Shown here piece after piece: positions 37,230 to 48,821 of a DNA stretch of 64,000 nucleotides. Made by a program: the position numbers and the translations under genes. Source of the DNA: an uncultured Caldithrix sp. (lineage in GTDB: Bacteria; Electryoneota; AABM5-125-24; Hatepunaeales; Hatepunaeaceae); assembly GCA_964355675.1 (NCBI GenBank), contig CAYHEC010000006.1, positions 1 to 64,000 of the forward strand, in the 5' to 3' direction. The notes below the pieces were generated by a model. It ran no database searches and was not told the origin of the DNA. It saw only the letters and a list, made by a program, of their open reading frames with translations. Position 1 is the first letter of the stretch; every line of letters begins with the position of its first letter.

Positions 37230-40200
37230 TTGAATATCAAAATCGCACGACATAGCGTACCGATGCTTTCTTCAGTGTTATTACTCCTTGTATGTCAAGG
37301 ACTTATAGCTTCTGAAAACCCCGGCACGGACGACTATCTATACGCGCGAAAACTTTTCGAAGAACGTTACTACGACTTAGCGGCAGATCAACTGGAACGT
37401 TGTCTGCGCGACTTCCCTTCTCTCACTGACGCAGACGAAGCACAGTTTATGCTGGGTGAAGCCTATCTCAGATCGGGCGACCCGGATCGAGCTCGCGCCG
37501 CTTTTCTGCGCACTGTTATCGTTTATCCAGAATCCCCTCACGCCCCGGAAGCACTTTTTAAAGTTGGCGAATCACTTGAATCTGCGGGCCGTAACCGCGA
37601 AGCCGCTCAAGCATTCGAGCGTGTACAGGGATTTTACTCCGGGTCAAACCTCGCGCCGCGTGCGATGGGCAAAGCCGCATCACTTTTTACTCTTGCCGGC
37701 GACACACTTCACGCTGATGATTTAACTAACCAACTTATTGAGAAGTATCCCGATTCTCCTTTTTCGTCTATATCCCGATTGGAACTTGCCAACAGGCTCA
37801 TCGAACAGGGTGACTATCGTGCCGCTATTCAATATCTGAACTGGGTTGCAACACGCGCCGGAATGGACAGCCTTGCGGCAGAAGCTTGGGTTAACCTCGG
37901 ACGGCTTTACAAGCGCCGTTTCGATTTATCCTCTGCGATGGAAGCCTATCAAACCTGCATTGACCGATTTCCATCTTTAATTCCTGCGGCAAAGGCAAGA
38001 CTCGAATTGGCGGGGATCGAGAATCTTCGCGGTTCCCAAGATGAAGCCCGGCGAATTGTCGCCCCGCTTCTCGCCTCAAGCATATCCGAATTCCGACTAA
38101 AAGCTTTAGTTGTTTGCGGCGATGCTGAATATTTACGCACCAATTACGAAGACGCGCTTGCTTTTTACGATACTGCGGCGGCGGGTTCTCATGAAGCTAT
38201 GCTCAAGGCCGCGTGGACTACTGAGTTGCTTGGCCGACGCAAAAGCGCCCTTGACCGCTACATTAAACTTGCCGGAGCGCCCGGTTCGATTGGAGTCAGC
38301 GCCAAAATTCGTGCGGCGATAATATCGTATGATCTTGGCCAACCGGACCGCGCCGCGGCACTTTGGGTAAGGTTGATCGAAGATCCCAATTTCAATGATT
38401 CTACTGGAAGAGCGTTTCTCGAACTCGCTCGTGCCCGTGCAGAAGCGAGATTGGATGGAGTCTCGTCAGCCGCTGACTCGATACTTCGTGAAAATCCCAC
38501 CAGTCCCTTTCTTGACGACGCTCTGTTTCTGGCGGCTCGTGCGGCGGTAAGAAAAGGCGATCATCAGGGAGCATTAAATCGGTACGAAGTTCTCCTCAAG
38601 GGATGCCCTGCTTCATTGTATTGCGATTCTGCTGAGTCAGGTATAGAGTTTATCCGGAATTTCCATATACGCGGTGAAAGATTAATCGAAAGAATGGCTG
38701 AACTTTCCAGTCTGCCACAAAACAGGACCAATCCAGTTCGCTGGGCGCTTGACTGGGGCGATTTTTACTTCGATGAATTTAAAGATCCGGTAAAGGCGGC
38801 GGATCAATACGACCGTGTGCTCGATGACATTCTTGCAACCACCGAGGACAGGCTCTACGCACTGAGACGAAGCGGAGTTGCGTACCAACTTCTTGCCGAG
38901 GCCGCTCGCCGAGAGAAAGACTCCTTCAGTTGGACGATGTACTCGGATTCCGCTCATAATCGTCTAACGGCTTTGAAAAGGCTGGACCCCTATGGTCGCC
39001 AGACACTTGAGCTATCAATCCGATTGATTGAGTTCGACGCCTCGCTGGCACGGTCGGGTCAGGCATCTCCCCCGATTATCGCCAATCGTTGTGAAGAAAT
39101 CATTTCAAAATTTGGTGAAGACTCACTTCCTGCCGCAACCACAGCAATTTATTTAGAATCAACGCTCGCTTCGGGAAGGATCGAGTCGAAAAACATCGTT
39201 TCGTTTATTGCAATTGCCGAACGTGGCTTGAAACGAGCAACTAATCCTAAGACACAAGCTCGACTTAAGTCTTGGGAAGTCGAAGCATTAAGCTCAATCG
39301 GAGATGAATATTCCGCCCTTGACACTGCTGAAAGTGTGGTAATAAACTATCCACTAACAGGTGATGGGGCGAAATTGTCGTTGTTACTCGCTTCTTCAAA
39401 GAAAGTCGCAACCGCAAAACGACTGGAATATTTGGCTCGATATCGTGAACTGTACCCTTATCGTGTCGATGAGAGTAAAATCAGTCTTCTTGAAGCTGAT
39501 CTTCTCGATGCGTTAAATCGTCCGATAGACGCGCTAACCGCTCGACAGAAGGCAGATGCCGCTTCCGGTTGGGGGCGACCCGAGTTAGATGTGCTGGAGT
39601 TGCCACCAATTGAAATTCGAATGGAGAGAGCCATTGCCTTCAGGCGAGCCAGCCAGTTTACTCAGGCCGCTGAAGAACTTGCCATAGTGCTGAATAGTGC
39701 TCCAGAAGGCGAAAATGCACCGACGGCGTTGTTAGAACTTGCTATGGTCGAAGCAGGTAGGCAAAATCCGCAGGGCGCTTTGTTATTGTTGGACAGCCTC
39801 AATCTCAGGCATGGGGATTCACCTGCAACACTAAAAAGTACATGGTTTAAACCTACATTATTGATGGAATTGGGAGACTATCGTGAAGCTGAGAATGCTT
39901 ATGCAACTCTGGCTACGCAATCTGATAATGCCGATAGTCTTTATACGTATGCCGTCAACCAGATACTCTGCCAATACCGACTCGATCTAATTGAAAATGC
40001 AAAAAAATCAGCTAATGAATTATATAAACGGTACAAGGATCGCCCCGATCTCGATCAAGCCAAAGCCCTTTTCTATCTTGAGAAAGGTTTCTCACTCGAC
40101 CGTTCCAAGAAGTTTGCCGAAGCGCGCGAGAACTATGATCTTATTCGAGATAAATTTTCGCGGACGAAATGGGCTGATGATGCGTCTTACGCCAACGGTC

Positions 40201-40910
40201 AATCACTTATTAAGGAAGGCAAGTACGAAGAAGCGGTCAAGGCGCTCGATCGGTTCATCACTGACTATGCCGACAGTTCGCTCGCGCTGGACGGCTGTTT
40301 AAGCCTTGGCTTGGCGCAATATCAGCTCGAAAGATACTCAGAAGCAGTTGTATCTTTGAAAAAAGTCTGGGACTCACGTAATGAAGCGAGACTTTGGCAG
40401 TCTTCGTTCGAAGCGCTCTCTTCCGTTTATAGAAACCTCCGCTTTTTTGACGCCGCAATCAGACTCAACAGGGATTATCTGCTTCGCTTCCCGGAAGCCC
40501 CAGATGCACTTGACCGAAAGATGGATATAGCGCAGTACTATATTGAGCTGAAAGAATGGGATGAAGCCATCCGCCAATACCGCCCGCTCCTTCCCTTCAG
40601 TGATGCCGAGCGAGAAGCCGAAATACAATATTACCTTGGTGAAGCAAGCCTTGGCAAAGGCGACTACCGTACGGCGATTCTTGAATTCTTGAAGGTGAAA
40701 GTACTTGGTCGCAAGACTAAACTTGATTGGGGAGTAACGGCAATTTATCAGGCAGGATTCTGTTACGAAAAACTTGGGGATATCGAAGGTTCTTCCAGAA
40801 TGTATCAAAAGATTATCGAGGAGACCGGCGAAACATCCAATTATGGTCGCGCCGCCCGGCAGAAACTTGATTCGCTACCCACTGCCCAAGTTCCACCAGG
40901 AACTCGCTGA
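37230..40910 (+). CDS. Very large (1226 aa) secreted tetratricopeptide-repeat protein
   Basis: Signal peptide; pervasive TPR-like A/L/Y-rich helical repeats. Confidence 0.6.
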   Translation: MNIKIARHSVPMLSSVLLLLVCQGLIASENPGTDDYLYARKLFEERYYDLAADQLERCLRDFPSLTDADEAQFMLGEAYLRSGDPDRARAAFLRTVIVYPESPHAPEALFKVGESLESAGRNREAAQAFERVQGFYSGSNLAPRAMGKAASLFTLAGDTLHADDLTNQLIEKYPDSPFSSISRLELANRLIEQGDYRAAIQYLNWVATRAGMDSLAAEAWVNLGRLYKRRFDLSSAMEAYQTCIDRFPSLIPAAKARLELAGIENLRGSQDEARRIVAPLLASSISEFRLKALVVCGDAEYLRTNYEDALAFYDTAAAGSHEAMLKAAWTTELLGRRKSALDRYIKLAGAPGSIGVSAKIRAAIISYDLGQPDRAAALWVRLIEDPNFNDSTGRAFLELARARAEARLDGVSSAADSILRENPTSPFLDDALFLAARAAVRKGDHQGALNRYEVLLKGCPASLYCDSAESGIEFIRNFHIRGERLIERMAELSSLPQNRTNPVRWALDWGDFYFDEFKDPVKAADQYDRVLDDILATTEDRLYALRRSGVAYQLLAEAARREKDSFSWTMYSDSAHNRLTALKRLDPYGRQTLELSIRLIEFDASLARSGQASPPIIANRCEEIISKFGEDSLPAATTAIYLESTLASGRIESKNIVSFIAIAERGLKRATNPKTQARLKSWEVEALSSIGDEYSALDTAESVVINYPLTGDGAKLSLLLASSKKVATAKRLEYLARYRELYPYRVDESKISLLEADLLDALNRPIDALTARQKADAASGWGRPELDVLELPPIEIRMERAIAFRRASQFTQAAEELAIVLNSAPEGENAPTALLELAMVEAGRQNPQGALLLLDSLNLRHGDSPATLKSTWFKPTLLMELGDYREAENAYATLATQSDNADSLYTYAVNQILCQYRLDLIENAKKSANELYKRYKDRPDLDQAKALFYLEKGFSLDRSKKFAEARENYDLIRDKFSRTKWADDASYANGQSLIKEGKYEEAVKALDRFITDYADSSLALDGCLSLGLAQYQLERYSEAVVSLKKVWDSRNEARLWQSSFEALSSVYRNLRFFDAAIRLNRDYLLRFPEAPDALDRKMDIAQYYIELKEWDEAIRQYRPLLPFSDAEREAEIQYYLGEASLGKGDYRTAILEFLKVKVLGRKTKLDWGVTAIYQAGFCYEKLGDIEGSSRMYQKIIEETGETSNYGRAARQKLDSLPTAQVPPGTR

Positions 40911-40912
40911 GA

Positions 40913-41854
40913 TTGTTTTCTTTGGCCAAATCAGCGGCGCTGTTAGTTGATAAATTTTCAACTACCCGCCTGAGCTTCGTTTTGGTTTCGATTATCTTAT
41001 TCTTCAATTCAAGCGCCTACCCTCAAGCGCCTTCTTTCGATTCCGACCGTGCTTATTCCTTACTTCGAGCTCAATGCGCCTTCGGCCCTCGTAATCCAGG
41101 TAGCGAAGGTCATACTATGTGTGGAAAATGGTTGAGCGAGCAGTTGAAGTCGAAGGGTGGGGAAATAATCTTACAGACATTTATCGGTTATGATCCACAT
41201 GCCGGGCAGAAGCGACAGCTTACCAATATCGTAGCCCGTTTTGGAGATCAAGAAAAACAACCACTGATGCTCTGCGCCCATTGGGATAGTCGGCCCGTCG
41301 CCGATCGTGACCCTGACCCGCTAAAAACCAACCAACCTATTCCCGGCGCAAATGACGGAGCCTCCGGCGTCGCTGTTCTGCTGGAGATCGCTCGAGTCGT
41401 ATCTGAAAATCCGCCTGACAAAGCAATTTTAATCGTTCTCTTCGATGGGGAAGATCTCGGACGAGAAACTCACCCGGAGGAGTATGCCCAGGGCGCACGC
41501 TATTGGGCGCTACACCCCGTACCTGAACTGCCGAGCGAAGCAATTCTCCTCGACATGGTTGGCGACGCCGATCTCGAATTGCCCATCGAATGGTATTCTG
41601 GTAAACGAGCGCCTACCTTGCAACGAGCGCTTTGGGAAATCGCGTCAGAAATCGGGGCAACAACTTTTGTCGATCGGCAAGGTCCAGCCATAGAAGACGA
41701 CCATGTCCCGTTGCTAAAAGCTGGTATCTCTTCAGTTGACATTATCGATTTCGATTACCCATATTGGCACACTTTGGATGATACGCCGGATAAGTGCTCA
41801 GCGGCAAGCCTTGGCCAAGTAGGAAAAGTGCTCATCGAATATATTTATCGGTAA
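40913..41854 (+). CDS. M28-family metallopeptidase / glutaminyl-cyclase-like protein
   Basis: …HWDSRPVADRDPDP…IPGANDGASGVAVLLEIARV…LIVLFDGEDLG… metal-binding signature of M28/QC family. Confidence 0.7.
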   Translation: MFSLAKSAALLVDKFSTTRLSFVLVSIILFFNSSAYPQAPSFDSDRAYSLLRAQCAFGPRNPGSEGHTMCGKWLSEQLKSKGGEIILQTFIGYDPHAGQKRQLTNIVARFGDQEKQPLMLCAHWDSRPVADRDPDPLKTNQPIPGANDGASGVAVLLEIARVVSENPPDKAILIVLFDGEDLGRETHPEEYAQGARYWALHPVPELPSEAILLDMVGDADLELPIEWYSGKRAPTLQRALWEIASEIGATTFVDRQGPAIEDDHVPLLKAGISSVDIIDFDYPYWHTLDDTPDKCSAASLGQVGKVLIEYIYR

Positions 41855-41939
41855 ATCGAGTTTTAGGAAATTAGAGTAATTAAACCCACTCTAATTCCTG
41901 CTCATTCCGAAGTTCTACAAATTGAATACTTTTCCGATA

Positions 41940-42785
41940 TCAGAGCACGGTCGTTTTATGTCTCGCGGAGTGGCATTGAATGTTCACAGCGCAAGGTAAG
42001 GATGCGATATGACAGGGATGCGTCTCGATAAAGACCTCAAGCGCTGTTGTCGTTCCACCCAACCCCTGCGGCCCAATGCCGAGCTTGTTTACCTTTTCCA
42101 GCAACTCTACTTCCATCGCGGCGTAAAAAGGATCAGGATTACGTTGTCCGATCTCACGAAGAAGCGCTCGTTTAGAAATCTGTGCGCACTTGTCGTATGT
42201 CCCTCCGATTCCAACCCCAACAATCATCGGCGGACAGGGATTTGACCCGGAACGCCTTACCCTGTCCACTACAAAGTCAACCACCCCCTGCCTTCCGTCG
42301 GAAGGCTTCAACATCTTTATCTCCGACATGTTCTCCGATCCGCCACCCTTCGGCTCGAAGTGCAGAGTCAGCTTGTCGCCCGGCACGATGTCGATCCAGA
42401 CCACAGGCGGAGTATTGTCGCCGGTATTGTCACGTTTCAAAGGATCGCGCACGATCGACTTGCGCATGTAACCTTCATTATAACCCTGCCTCACACCCTC
42501 GGTAATTGCTTCCTTCAAATTGCCATCAACGACAACCCTATCGCCGACGTCGGCAAAAATGATCGAAAAGCCACAATCTTGACAGAGCGGAACCTGATCC
42601 GTGGCGGAGATTTCAGCATTCAAGATTATTTGATCGAGAAGCGCTTGACCAGTCGGCGAGGCTTCGACGAGGCGGGCTTTTTTGAAGGATTCGAGAACGT
42701 CCTGGCCGAGGTAGTAATTAGCATCGATAGCCATTTTGCGTACGGCGTCGGTGATAGCAGAGGAAGGGATAATTTTGTTATTCAT
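41940..42785 (-). CDS. Fe-S hydro-lyase alpha subunit (class I fumarate hydratase alpha / L(+)-tartrate dehydratase alpha)
   Basis: Conserved alpha-subunit segments (…CQDCGFSIIFADVG…, …IVGVGIGGTYDKCAQISKRALLR…); no beta subunit adjacent. Confidence 0.8.
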   Translation of the reverse strand: MNNKIIPSSAITDAVRKMAIDANYYLGQDVLESFKKARLVEASPTGQALLDQIILNAEISATDQVPLCQDCGFSIIFADVGDRVVVDGNLKEAITEGVRQGYNEGYMRKSIVRDPLKRDNTGDNTPPVVWIDIVPGDKLTLHFEPKGGGSENMSEIKMLKPSDGRQGVVDFVVDRVRRSGSNPCPPMIVGVGIGGTYDKCAQISKRALLREIGQRNPDPFYAAMEVELLEKVNKLGIGPQGLGGTTTALEVFIETHPCHIASLPCAVNIQCHSARHKTTVL

Positions 42786-42866
42786 TTAGATGTCCTGATA
42801 GGATGGCAATTCAGTGGATGGTATATCCCATCGAAATAATGAAACAGAGATGGGTAATCAATCGAA

Positions 42867-43106
42867 TTAAGTAATTTTTTCTGATTCTTCATAAAGTGTA
42901 TCGGGGCAGAAATCTTGTTCGTTTGGCCAAACGATAGTTCCGTTAAAAACACGTACCCTCCTGAAGTAATTCACATCGCGCAATTCCTTAAAAACACCAA
43001 TATTCAAATAAACAGAGCAATCAAAACGACCGGTTTCACCGTTAGTAAACCTTAAATGCAGGATATACTCCTCCATTGGAGTAACAGATTTTATTCGTGG
43101 ATTCAT
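42867..43106 (-). CDS. DUF2442-family small protein (orphan)
   Basis: …LHLRFTNGETGRFDCSVYLNIGVFKELRDVNYFRRVRVFNGTIVWPNEQDFCPDTLY… typical DUF2442. Confidence 0.55.
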   Translation of the reverse strand: MNPRIKSVTPMEEYILHLRFTNGETGRFDCSVYLNIGVFKELRDVNYFRRVRVFNGTIVWPNEQDFCPDTLYEESEKIT

Positions 43107-43189
43107 GGATTACCTCAATGGTTCGATAGTACTGACCTGTCACGATTCTCACCCATAGCGGGCGGACACTTCTGTCCGCTGGTGTTGAT

Positions 43190-43390
43190 GCTTGAATCTG
43201 GTAGAGGGCGGACTGAAAGAGTTCATTGAAATATTCTCAATTTGTATCGACTTGTCCACGCGGACGCCCTCGTCCGCGCTTGTTTTGTGCTTGAATGCTC
43301 GGCGGACGAGGGCGTCCGCCTGGACACTCTCGGCATTCTATCGAATACTTCAACGAACTCTGAAAGTCCGCCCTCCAAGAGCGGCACCCT
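43190..43390. mobile_element. MITE-like non-coding element (~175 bp) bounded by imperfect inverted repeats (agagggcggactgaaagag … ctctgaaagtccgccctc) with two internal GC-rich palindromes
   Basis: Direct reading; internal 25-mer ggcggacgagggcgtccgcctggac recurs at 36957-36981. Confidence 0.55.
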
Positions 43391-43397
43391 AATAGTA

Positions 43398-44375
<978 letters not shown>

Positions 44376-44737
44376 CTATATTCTGATGTGTTGAGTGCTT
44401 AAGACATACCTTTTCAGGGTTGCCTCTTTTCCACTCATATTGACATTAGAAGATAAGACCAGATAGAGTATGTTCCAATACTTTGTGGAAAAAAGAGCAA
44501 GAGAGTTTACTCTTTGTGAAGAAAAATGCAGACAAAAAGAAGACGGGATCGAATGTAATTCGATCCCGTCCTTGGTAGAGGCGTATTTGGCAGAGAATGC
44601 GGATTCCCTGCCGCAGGGTGTCCTCACCCTGCGGAAAAGTTGCTATTTCACAATTAATTGTCGCAGGGTGAGACACCTTGCGACATCGAATATCGTATCA
44701 TCGTGCAGACTCTGCGGCTTGAGCCTATTGCACTCAC

Positions 44738-45559
44738 CTACTTTAAATAAACCGCTGGTAAGGCTGAACTCTTGCCATCGGCGTTCAGCATGATCTGATA
44801 ACGTCCCGCAGGAAGAGAACTCCCAGCAATCTGGTTCCACGAAACCTGCCCAGAAGACGCAACAGGAAGGACTCCCACCAACCGACCCATCGGATCGATC
44901 AACGATAGTCTCGCATTGCGGCTGTTGGTGTCGAAGCGGATGGTAGCATTCCCATTAAACGGATTGGGGTAGATCGAGACTAATGAATGGGATAGGGGCA
45001 ATATCTCATCAGAAGACTCAACCGATAACGGGGTTAAACCCGAAGTGGCGAAATTGTCGAGGAGCACTGATTTTGCGCTTGGTTGAGCTGATGTGTCTGA
45101 TAAAATGATTGTGACAACAAGAGAATCAAACTCGTGGACTTGGGGACTCCAATGGTTCGAATACTGCATCCAGGCATTTCCCATCGGTTCAAGCGACCCT
45201 TCGGTTCCATCAACCGCTTGGTCTTCGACATATCCGACAACCGCGATCCCGCCAAGTCCTCCAGCGGAAAGGGCTGAATAATAAAATGAAACTGCAACTT
45301 GATCTTCAGCGCGCATAGCTCCTAAATTCTGCATCAAAATACTGCCCGGAACCTGAGGAGTTGTCAACATGCGAGCAGAGAAATTTCCCTCATAATGCGA
45401 ATTAGATCGTTCAACCAACGTGAGGAATCCCGGGATATTGTACGTCAACCAGCCATCCGGATTTCCGTCAGTCCATTCTTCAAATCCGCCGTTTTGAACC
45501 TGCCCGTAAGATGCACCTGTCATCAATAGAACAATGAAAAGAACCGCGAAATGTTTCAT
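44738..45559 (-). CDS. Secreted protein with Por/T9SS C-terminal sorting domain
   Basis: Signal peptide MKHFAVLFIVLLMTGASYGQ; C-term …SIYPNPFNGNATIRFD…LSLIDPMGRLV…AGRYQIMLNADGKSSALPAVYLK. Confidence 0.6.
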   Translation of the reverse strand: MKHFAVLFIVLLMTGASYGQVQNGGFEEWTDGNPDGWLTYNIPGFLTLVERSNSHYEGNFSARMLTTPQVPGSILMQNLGAMRAEDQVAVSFYYSALSAGGLGGIAVVGYVEDQAVDGTEGSLEPMGNAWMQYSNHWSPQVHEFDSLVVTIILSDTSAQPSAKSVLLDNFATSGLTPLSVESSDEILPLSHSLVSIYPNPFNGNATIRFDTNSRNARLSLIDPMGRLVGVLPVASSGQVSWNQIAGSSLPAGRYQIMLNADGKSSALPAVYLK

Positions 45560-45704
45560 TTCTGCTCCTTGAATTTTATTTTTAAATTATAACACCTTTC
45601 CCACAAAGGCGGGATCGGTTAGATAACAACAGAAGCGGGCGTCAAACACCCGAGTTCGACGCCCACTGCTAAACGATAAATGGCAAAGCGAATTCGAAAG
45701 GTAT

Positions 45705-45968
45705 TTAAATACCTTCTGACTCGGCTACGACATTGACAGCTTTACGTCCACGGAAAGATTTGAATAAAACTTTACCGTTCATTTTGGCAAAGATGGTATC
45801 ATCCTTGCCGATCCCGACGCCAAGTCCCGGGTGGAAATGAGTGCCACGTTGACGAAGGATAATTTCACCGGTCTTTACTCGCTGGCCGCCAGCGCGTTTG
45901 ACGCCAAGCATCTGCGGATTAGAGTCCCTGCCGTTGCGGGACGAACCGCCGCCTTTCTTATGAGCCAT
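45705..45968 (-). CDS. rpmA: 50S ribosomal protein L27
   Basis: [24 protein letters not shown]… canonical L27. Confidence 0.95.
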   Translation of the reverse strand: MAHKKGGGSSRNGRDSNPQMLGVKRAGGQRVKTGEIILRQRGTHFHPGLGVGIGKDDTIFAKMNGKVLFKSFRGRKAVNVVAESEGI

Positions 45969-45970
45969 CT

Positions 45971-46285
45971 CTAAGCTCCCTTCTCAATTGAGGTCACACG
46001 CACCATCGAGAAATGATGCCGCCAGCCATGCTTGACGCGATGGCCGCCACGACGTGTAATTTTGTAGGTGATCCCTTTACGTCCACGACCTTGAGATAGA
46101 AGCTCAAGTGTTACGGAATACGGGAGATTCGGTCTGCCAATCTCGAAGTTTGTGCCGTCTGCGATCATCATTACGTCTTTTATAACGACAGTGCCGCCGG
46201 GTTCGGCATTGAGCCGATCAACCTTCAGCGTCTGGTTAGGAGTAATGCGATATTGTCGTCCGGCTATTTTTACAAAGGCGTACAT
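45971..46285 (-). CDS. rplU: 50S ribosomal protein L21
   Basis: [14 protein letters not shown]… canonical L21; immediately upstream of rpmA. Confidence 0.95.
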   Translation of the reverse strand: MYAFVKIAGRQYRITPNQTLKVDRLNAEPGGTVVIKDVMMIADGTNFEIGRPNLPYSVTLELLSQGRGRKGITYKITRRGGHRVKHGWRHHFSMVRVTSIEKGA

Positions 46286-46340
46286 TGGAAATGTTCCTGT
46301 TCGGGTATCTAATAATTCTCAAGACAATGAATATAACTTC

Positions 46341-47930
46341 TTATTGTCCCTGAGTCAAGCTTTCTTTGCGCTCGTCTGCTGTTTTCAGTGAGCTTCCAAC
46401 TAAATGTTCGGCGGAAACATCTTTTTTGGATTTATAGGACCAGGCGCGAATTTCATCGATCTTATAGTATTCTTCGCTATTAACGGTGATGAATATTCTG
46501 TTCGCCCACATTATCTTCGCTAAGCGACTTGTCAATCCACCAGTAATGTAAGCTTTAACTCTTGGATGAACAGAAAGTTGCAGGCGATGTTCATGCGTCT
46601 GGGATGTGAATCGCTTGATCCAGCGTTCGAGAGCCGTCACCACAGTTTCAATCGATGGAACAAGCCCTGATCCGTCACATGTCGGACATGACTCACGAAG
46701 CGAGAGCATTAGCGACGGTCTGATTCGTTGCCGGGTCATTTCCAAAAGTCCAAAAGGAGTAATAGGAGCAATATCCCATTTGGATCTATCCATTTTCATA
46801 GCCCGGCGCATCTCGTCGAAGACTTTCCAGCGATTGCGCTCGTCGGACATATCGATAAAGTCGATGACGATGATCCCGCCTACGTCGCGCAGACGGAGCT
46901 GGCGGGCAATCTCACGAGCGGCTTTAAGATTGACTTTCAGTGAGTTATCTTCATGGTCTCGTTTCCCCACGAACTTGCCGCTGTTCACGTCGATGGCAAT
47001 CAACGCTTCAGTGGGATCAAAGTATAGATATCCGCCGCCACCAAGCCAAATTTTGCGGGAGAGACTGCGCTCAATCTCTGCTTCTATGCCGTATTTGTCA
47101 AAAATTGGTTGACGATCGGAATAGAGCGTAAGCTGTCCAACTAAGTTCGGAGCGACGTCCAGAAGGTACGTTTGAAGTTCTTTGAAAAGTTTTCGAGAAT
47201 CGACTACAAGACTATTCACACCGGGAGTGAATAGATCGCGAATAATCGATGAGGCCATAGTCAAGTCACGATAAGCAAGCCCCGGTCCCTTAAGATTTAG
47301 AACAGATTGCTCAATCTTCTTCCAAGTACTCGTCATCCTTTCAAGATCTTGGCGCAATTCTTCGTCAGTTTTGGATTCGGCAAGAGTTCTAATAATCAAG
47401 CCGAAGCCCTTCGGTCTCATCCGTCCACCAATCTGGCGTAGTCTCTTCTTCTCTTTAAAAGTCGAGACTTTGCGGGAAACACCGATAAACGATTCATTCG
47501 GAACGAGAACCAGAAATCTCCCGGGAAGCGAAATCTGTGTGCTTACACGGGGTCCTTTGCGACCAATAGATTCTTTAACAACCTGAACCAGTATCTCTTG
47601 ACCTACTTTTAGATCGGATCCTTCCCAGCGACGGCGGTGACCTTCCATATCATCCTCCGACTGCTCGACGCCGGTTTCCGATTGAAGTTTAATCAAGTCG
47701 TTACCGCTACCAATATCTGAAAAGTGCAGGAAGGCATCCTGAGAAAAACCTATGTCAACGAACGCGGCCGACATACCTACCAGAACCTTGCGCACGACCC
47801 CCTTGTGCAGGCTCCCAACCATTCTCTCGTTCTCTGGCCGTTCAACGAATAACTCTACCAGTTGATCGTCTTCAAGCAACGCAGTTCGAGTCTCCTCGGT
47901 GGTAGCATTGATAATGATATCTTGTTTCAT
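46341..47930 (-). CDS. rng: Ribonuclease E/G family (RNase G-like)
   Basis: S1 domain N-term, DNase-I-like catalytic core, conserved …CPTCDGSG… Zn-link region; 529 aa. Confidence 0.85.
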   Translation of the reverse strand: MKQDIIINATTEETRTALLEDDQLVELFVERPENERMVGSLHKGVVRKVLVGMSAAFVDIGFSQDAFLHFSDIGSGNDLIKLQSETGVEQSEDDMEGHRRRWEGSDLKVGQEILVQVVKESIGRKGPRVSTQISLPGRFLVLVPNESFIGVSRKVSTFKEKKRLRQIGGRMRPKGFGLIIRTLAESKTDEELRQDLERMTSTWKKIEQSVLNLKGPGLAYRDLTMASSIIRDLFTPGVNSLVVDSRKLFKELQTYLLDVAPNLVGQLTLYSDRQPIFDKYGIEAEIERSLSRKIWLGGGGYLYFDPTEALIAIDVNSGKFVGKRDHEDNSLKVNLKAAREIARQLRLRDVGGIIVIDFIDMSDERNRWKVFDEMRRAMKMDRSKWDIAPITPFGLLEMTRQRIRPSLMLSLRESCPTCDGSGLVPSIETVVTALERWIKRFTSQTHEHRLQLSVHPRVKAYITGGLTSRLAKIMWANRIFITVNSEEYYKIDEIRAWSYKSKKDVSAEHLVGSSLKTADERKESLTQGQ

Positions 47931-48248
47931 TAAGCCTCAAAACAGAGCATATAGCTCCGCAAAGTATTTGAAGAACATCTCCTGTCACGACATAATCGTT
48001 AACAAAAGAAACAATATCTGTTGAGTCAGTGGAAAATTGCTCAAATCATCGGGTATCGGCGATTTAAATCGCCGACTCAAGCAAAAACCAGACGTTTGTG
48101 CAAGTTCAGCGACTAAAGTCGCCGGTACCGATTGAGTTTTTCAGCAGACTCATCTGCTTTTGAACGATATTGGGCGATCCCCCCGATTGTAGCCCATTCA
48201 TCGTTCGGACACGATAAAAACGCGCCCAAATCCCCCCACACTACCCCC

Positions 48249-48821
48249 CTAACCGATATAGCGTGCCAAAACACGATAACGGTCTATCCCTAATCTGTCT
48301 GATCGTGGTGATACTTGAAAATTATAAACTTGATCACCATCCGGACCAGAAAATCCTACTCGTAACGGCGCTTTGGTAGCGAGGCAGAAATATGCCGCAA
48401 GAGGTTCAAATTTCGGCGACAGATCTACTACAACATCGAACCCCTTTTCGTTAAATGTCCGACAGAAATTTTTCCTTGGGATACCGAAAAAGGATAAGTC
48501 ATCGCGACGTACGTTTATCAATTCCGCTTCGATTTCAGCGGGAGCTGACGCCCCAACACCGGGAAGTGCAAGAAGCGTCAGTGAAGCGTGAGGGAATCGT
48601 TCTCGAACCCGGTTGAGTACGACTCGCGCCGCAAGTAGATCCAATCCTTCGCCCGGCCAGCAGATTAAAACCTTGTGAACTCGATCCCAGATTTCAGCGA
48701 CATCAATCTCTTGTCGAGCAAGTTCTTTTGATAGCTTACGAAGTGCCAGGCGGGTAAAGCTTTTTTGCAGAGAATACCAAATTCCCTCAAACATTGTTGA
48801 AAAATACCTCCGATTTCTCAA
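48249..48821 (-). CDS. Hypothetical protein (190 aa)
   Basis: ORF only; weak resemblance to GT9 N-terminal fold, not assertable. Confidence 0.3.
   Translation of the reverse strand: MRNRRYFSTMFEGIWYSLQKSFTRLALRKLSKELARQEIDVAEIWDRVHKVLICWPGEGLDLLAARVVLNRVRERFPHASLTLLALPGVGASAPAEIEAELINVRRDDLSFFGIPRKNFCRTFNEKGFDVVVDLSPKFEPLAAYFCLATKAPLRVGFSGPDGDQVYNFQVSPRSDRLGIDRYRVLARYIG

Noticed and set aside
47931-48248. Possible ncRNA upstream of rng (long leader)
   Set aside because: RNase E/G genes often have long structured 5' UTRs; I can see a palindrome (cggcgatttaaatcgccg) but nothing assignable to a known RNA family without covariance-model search.
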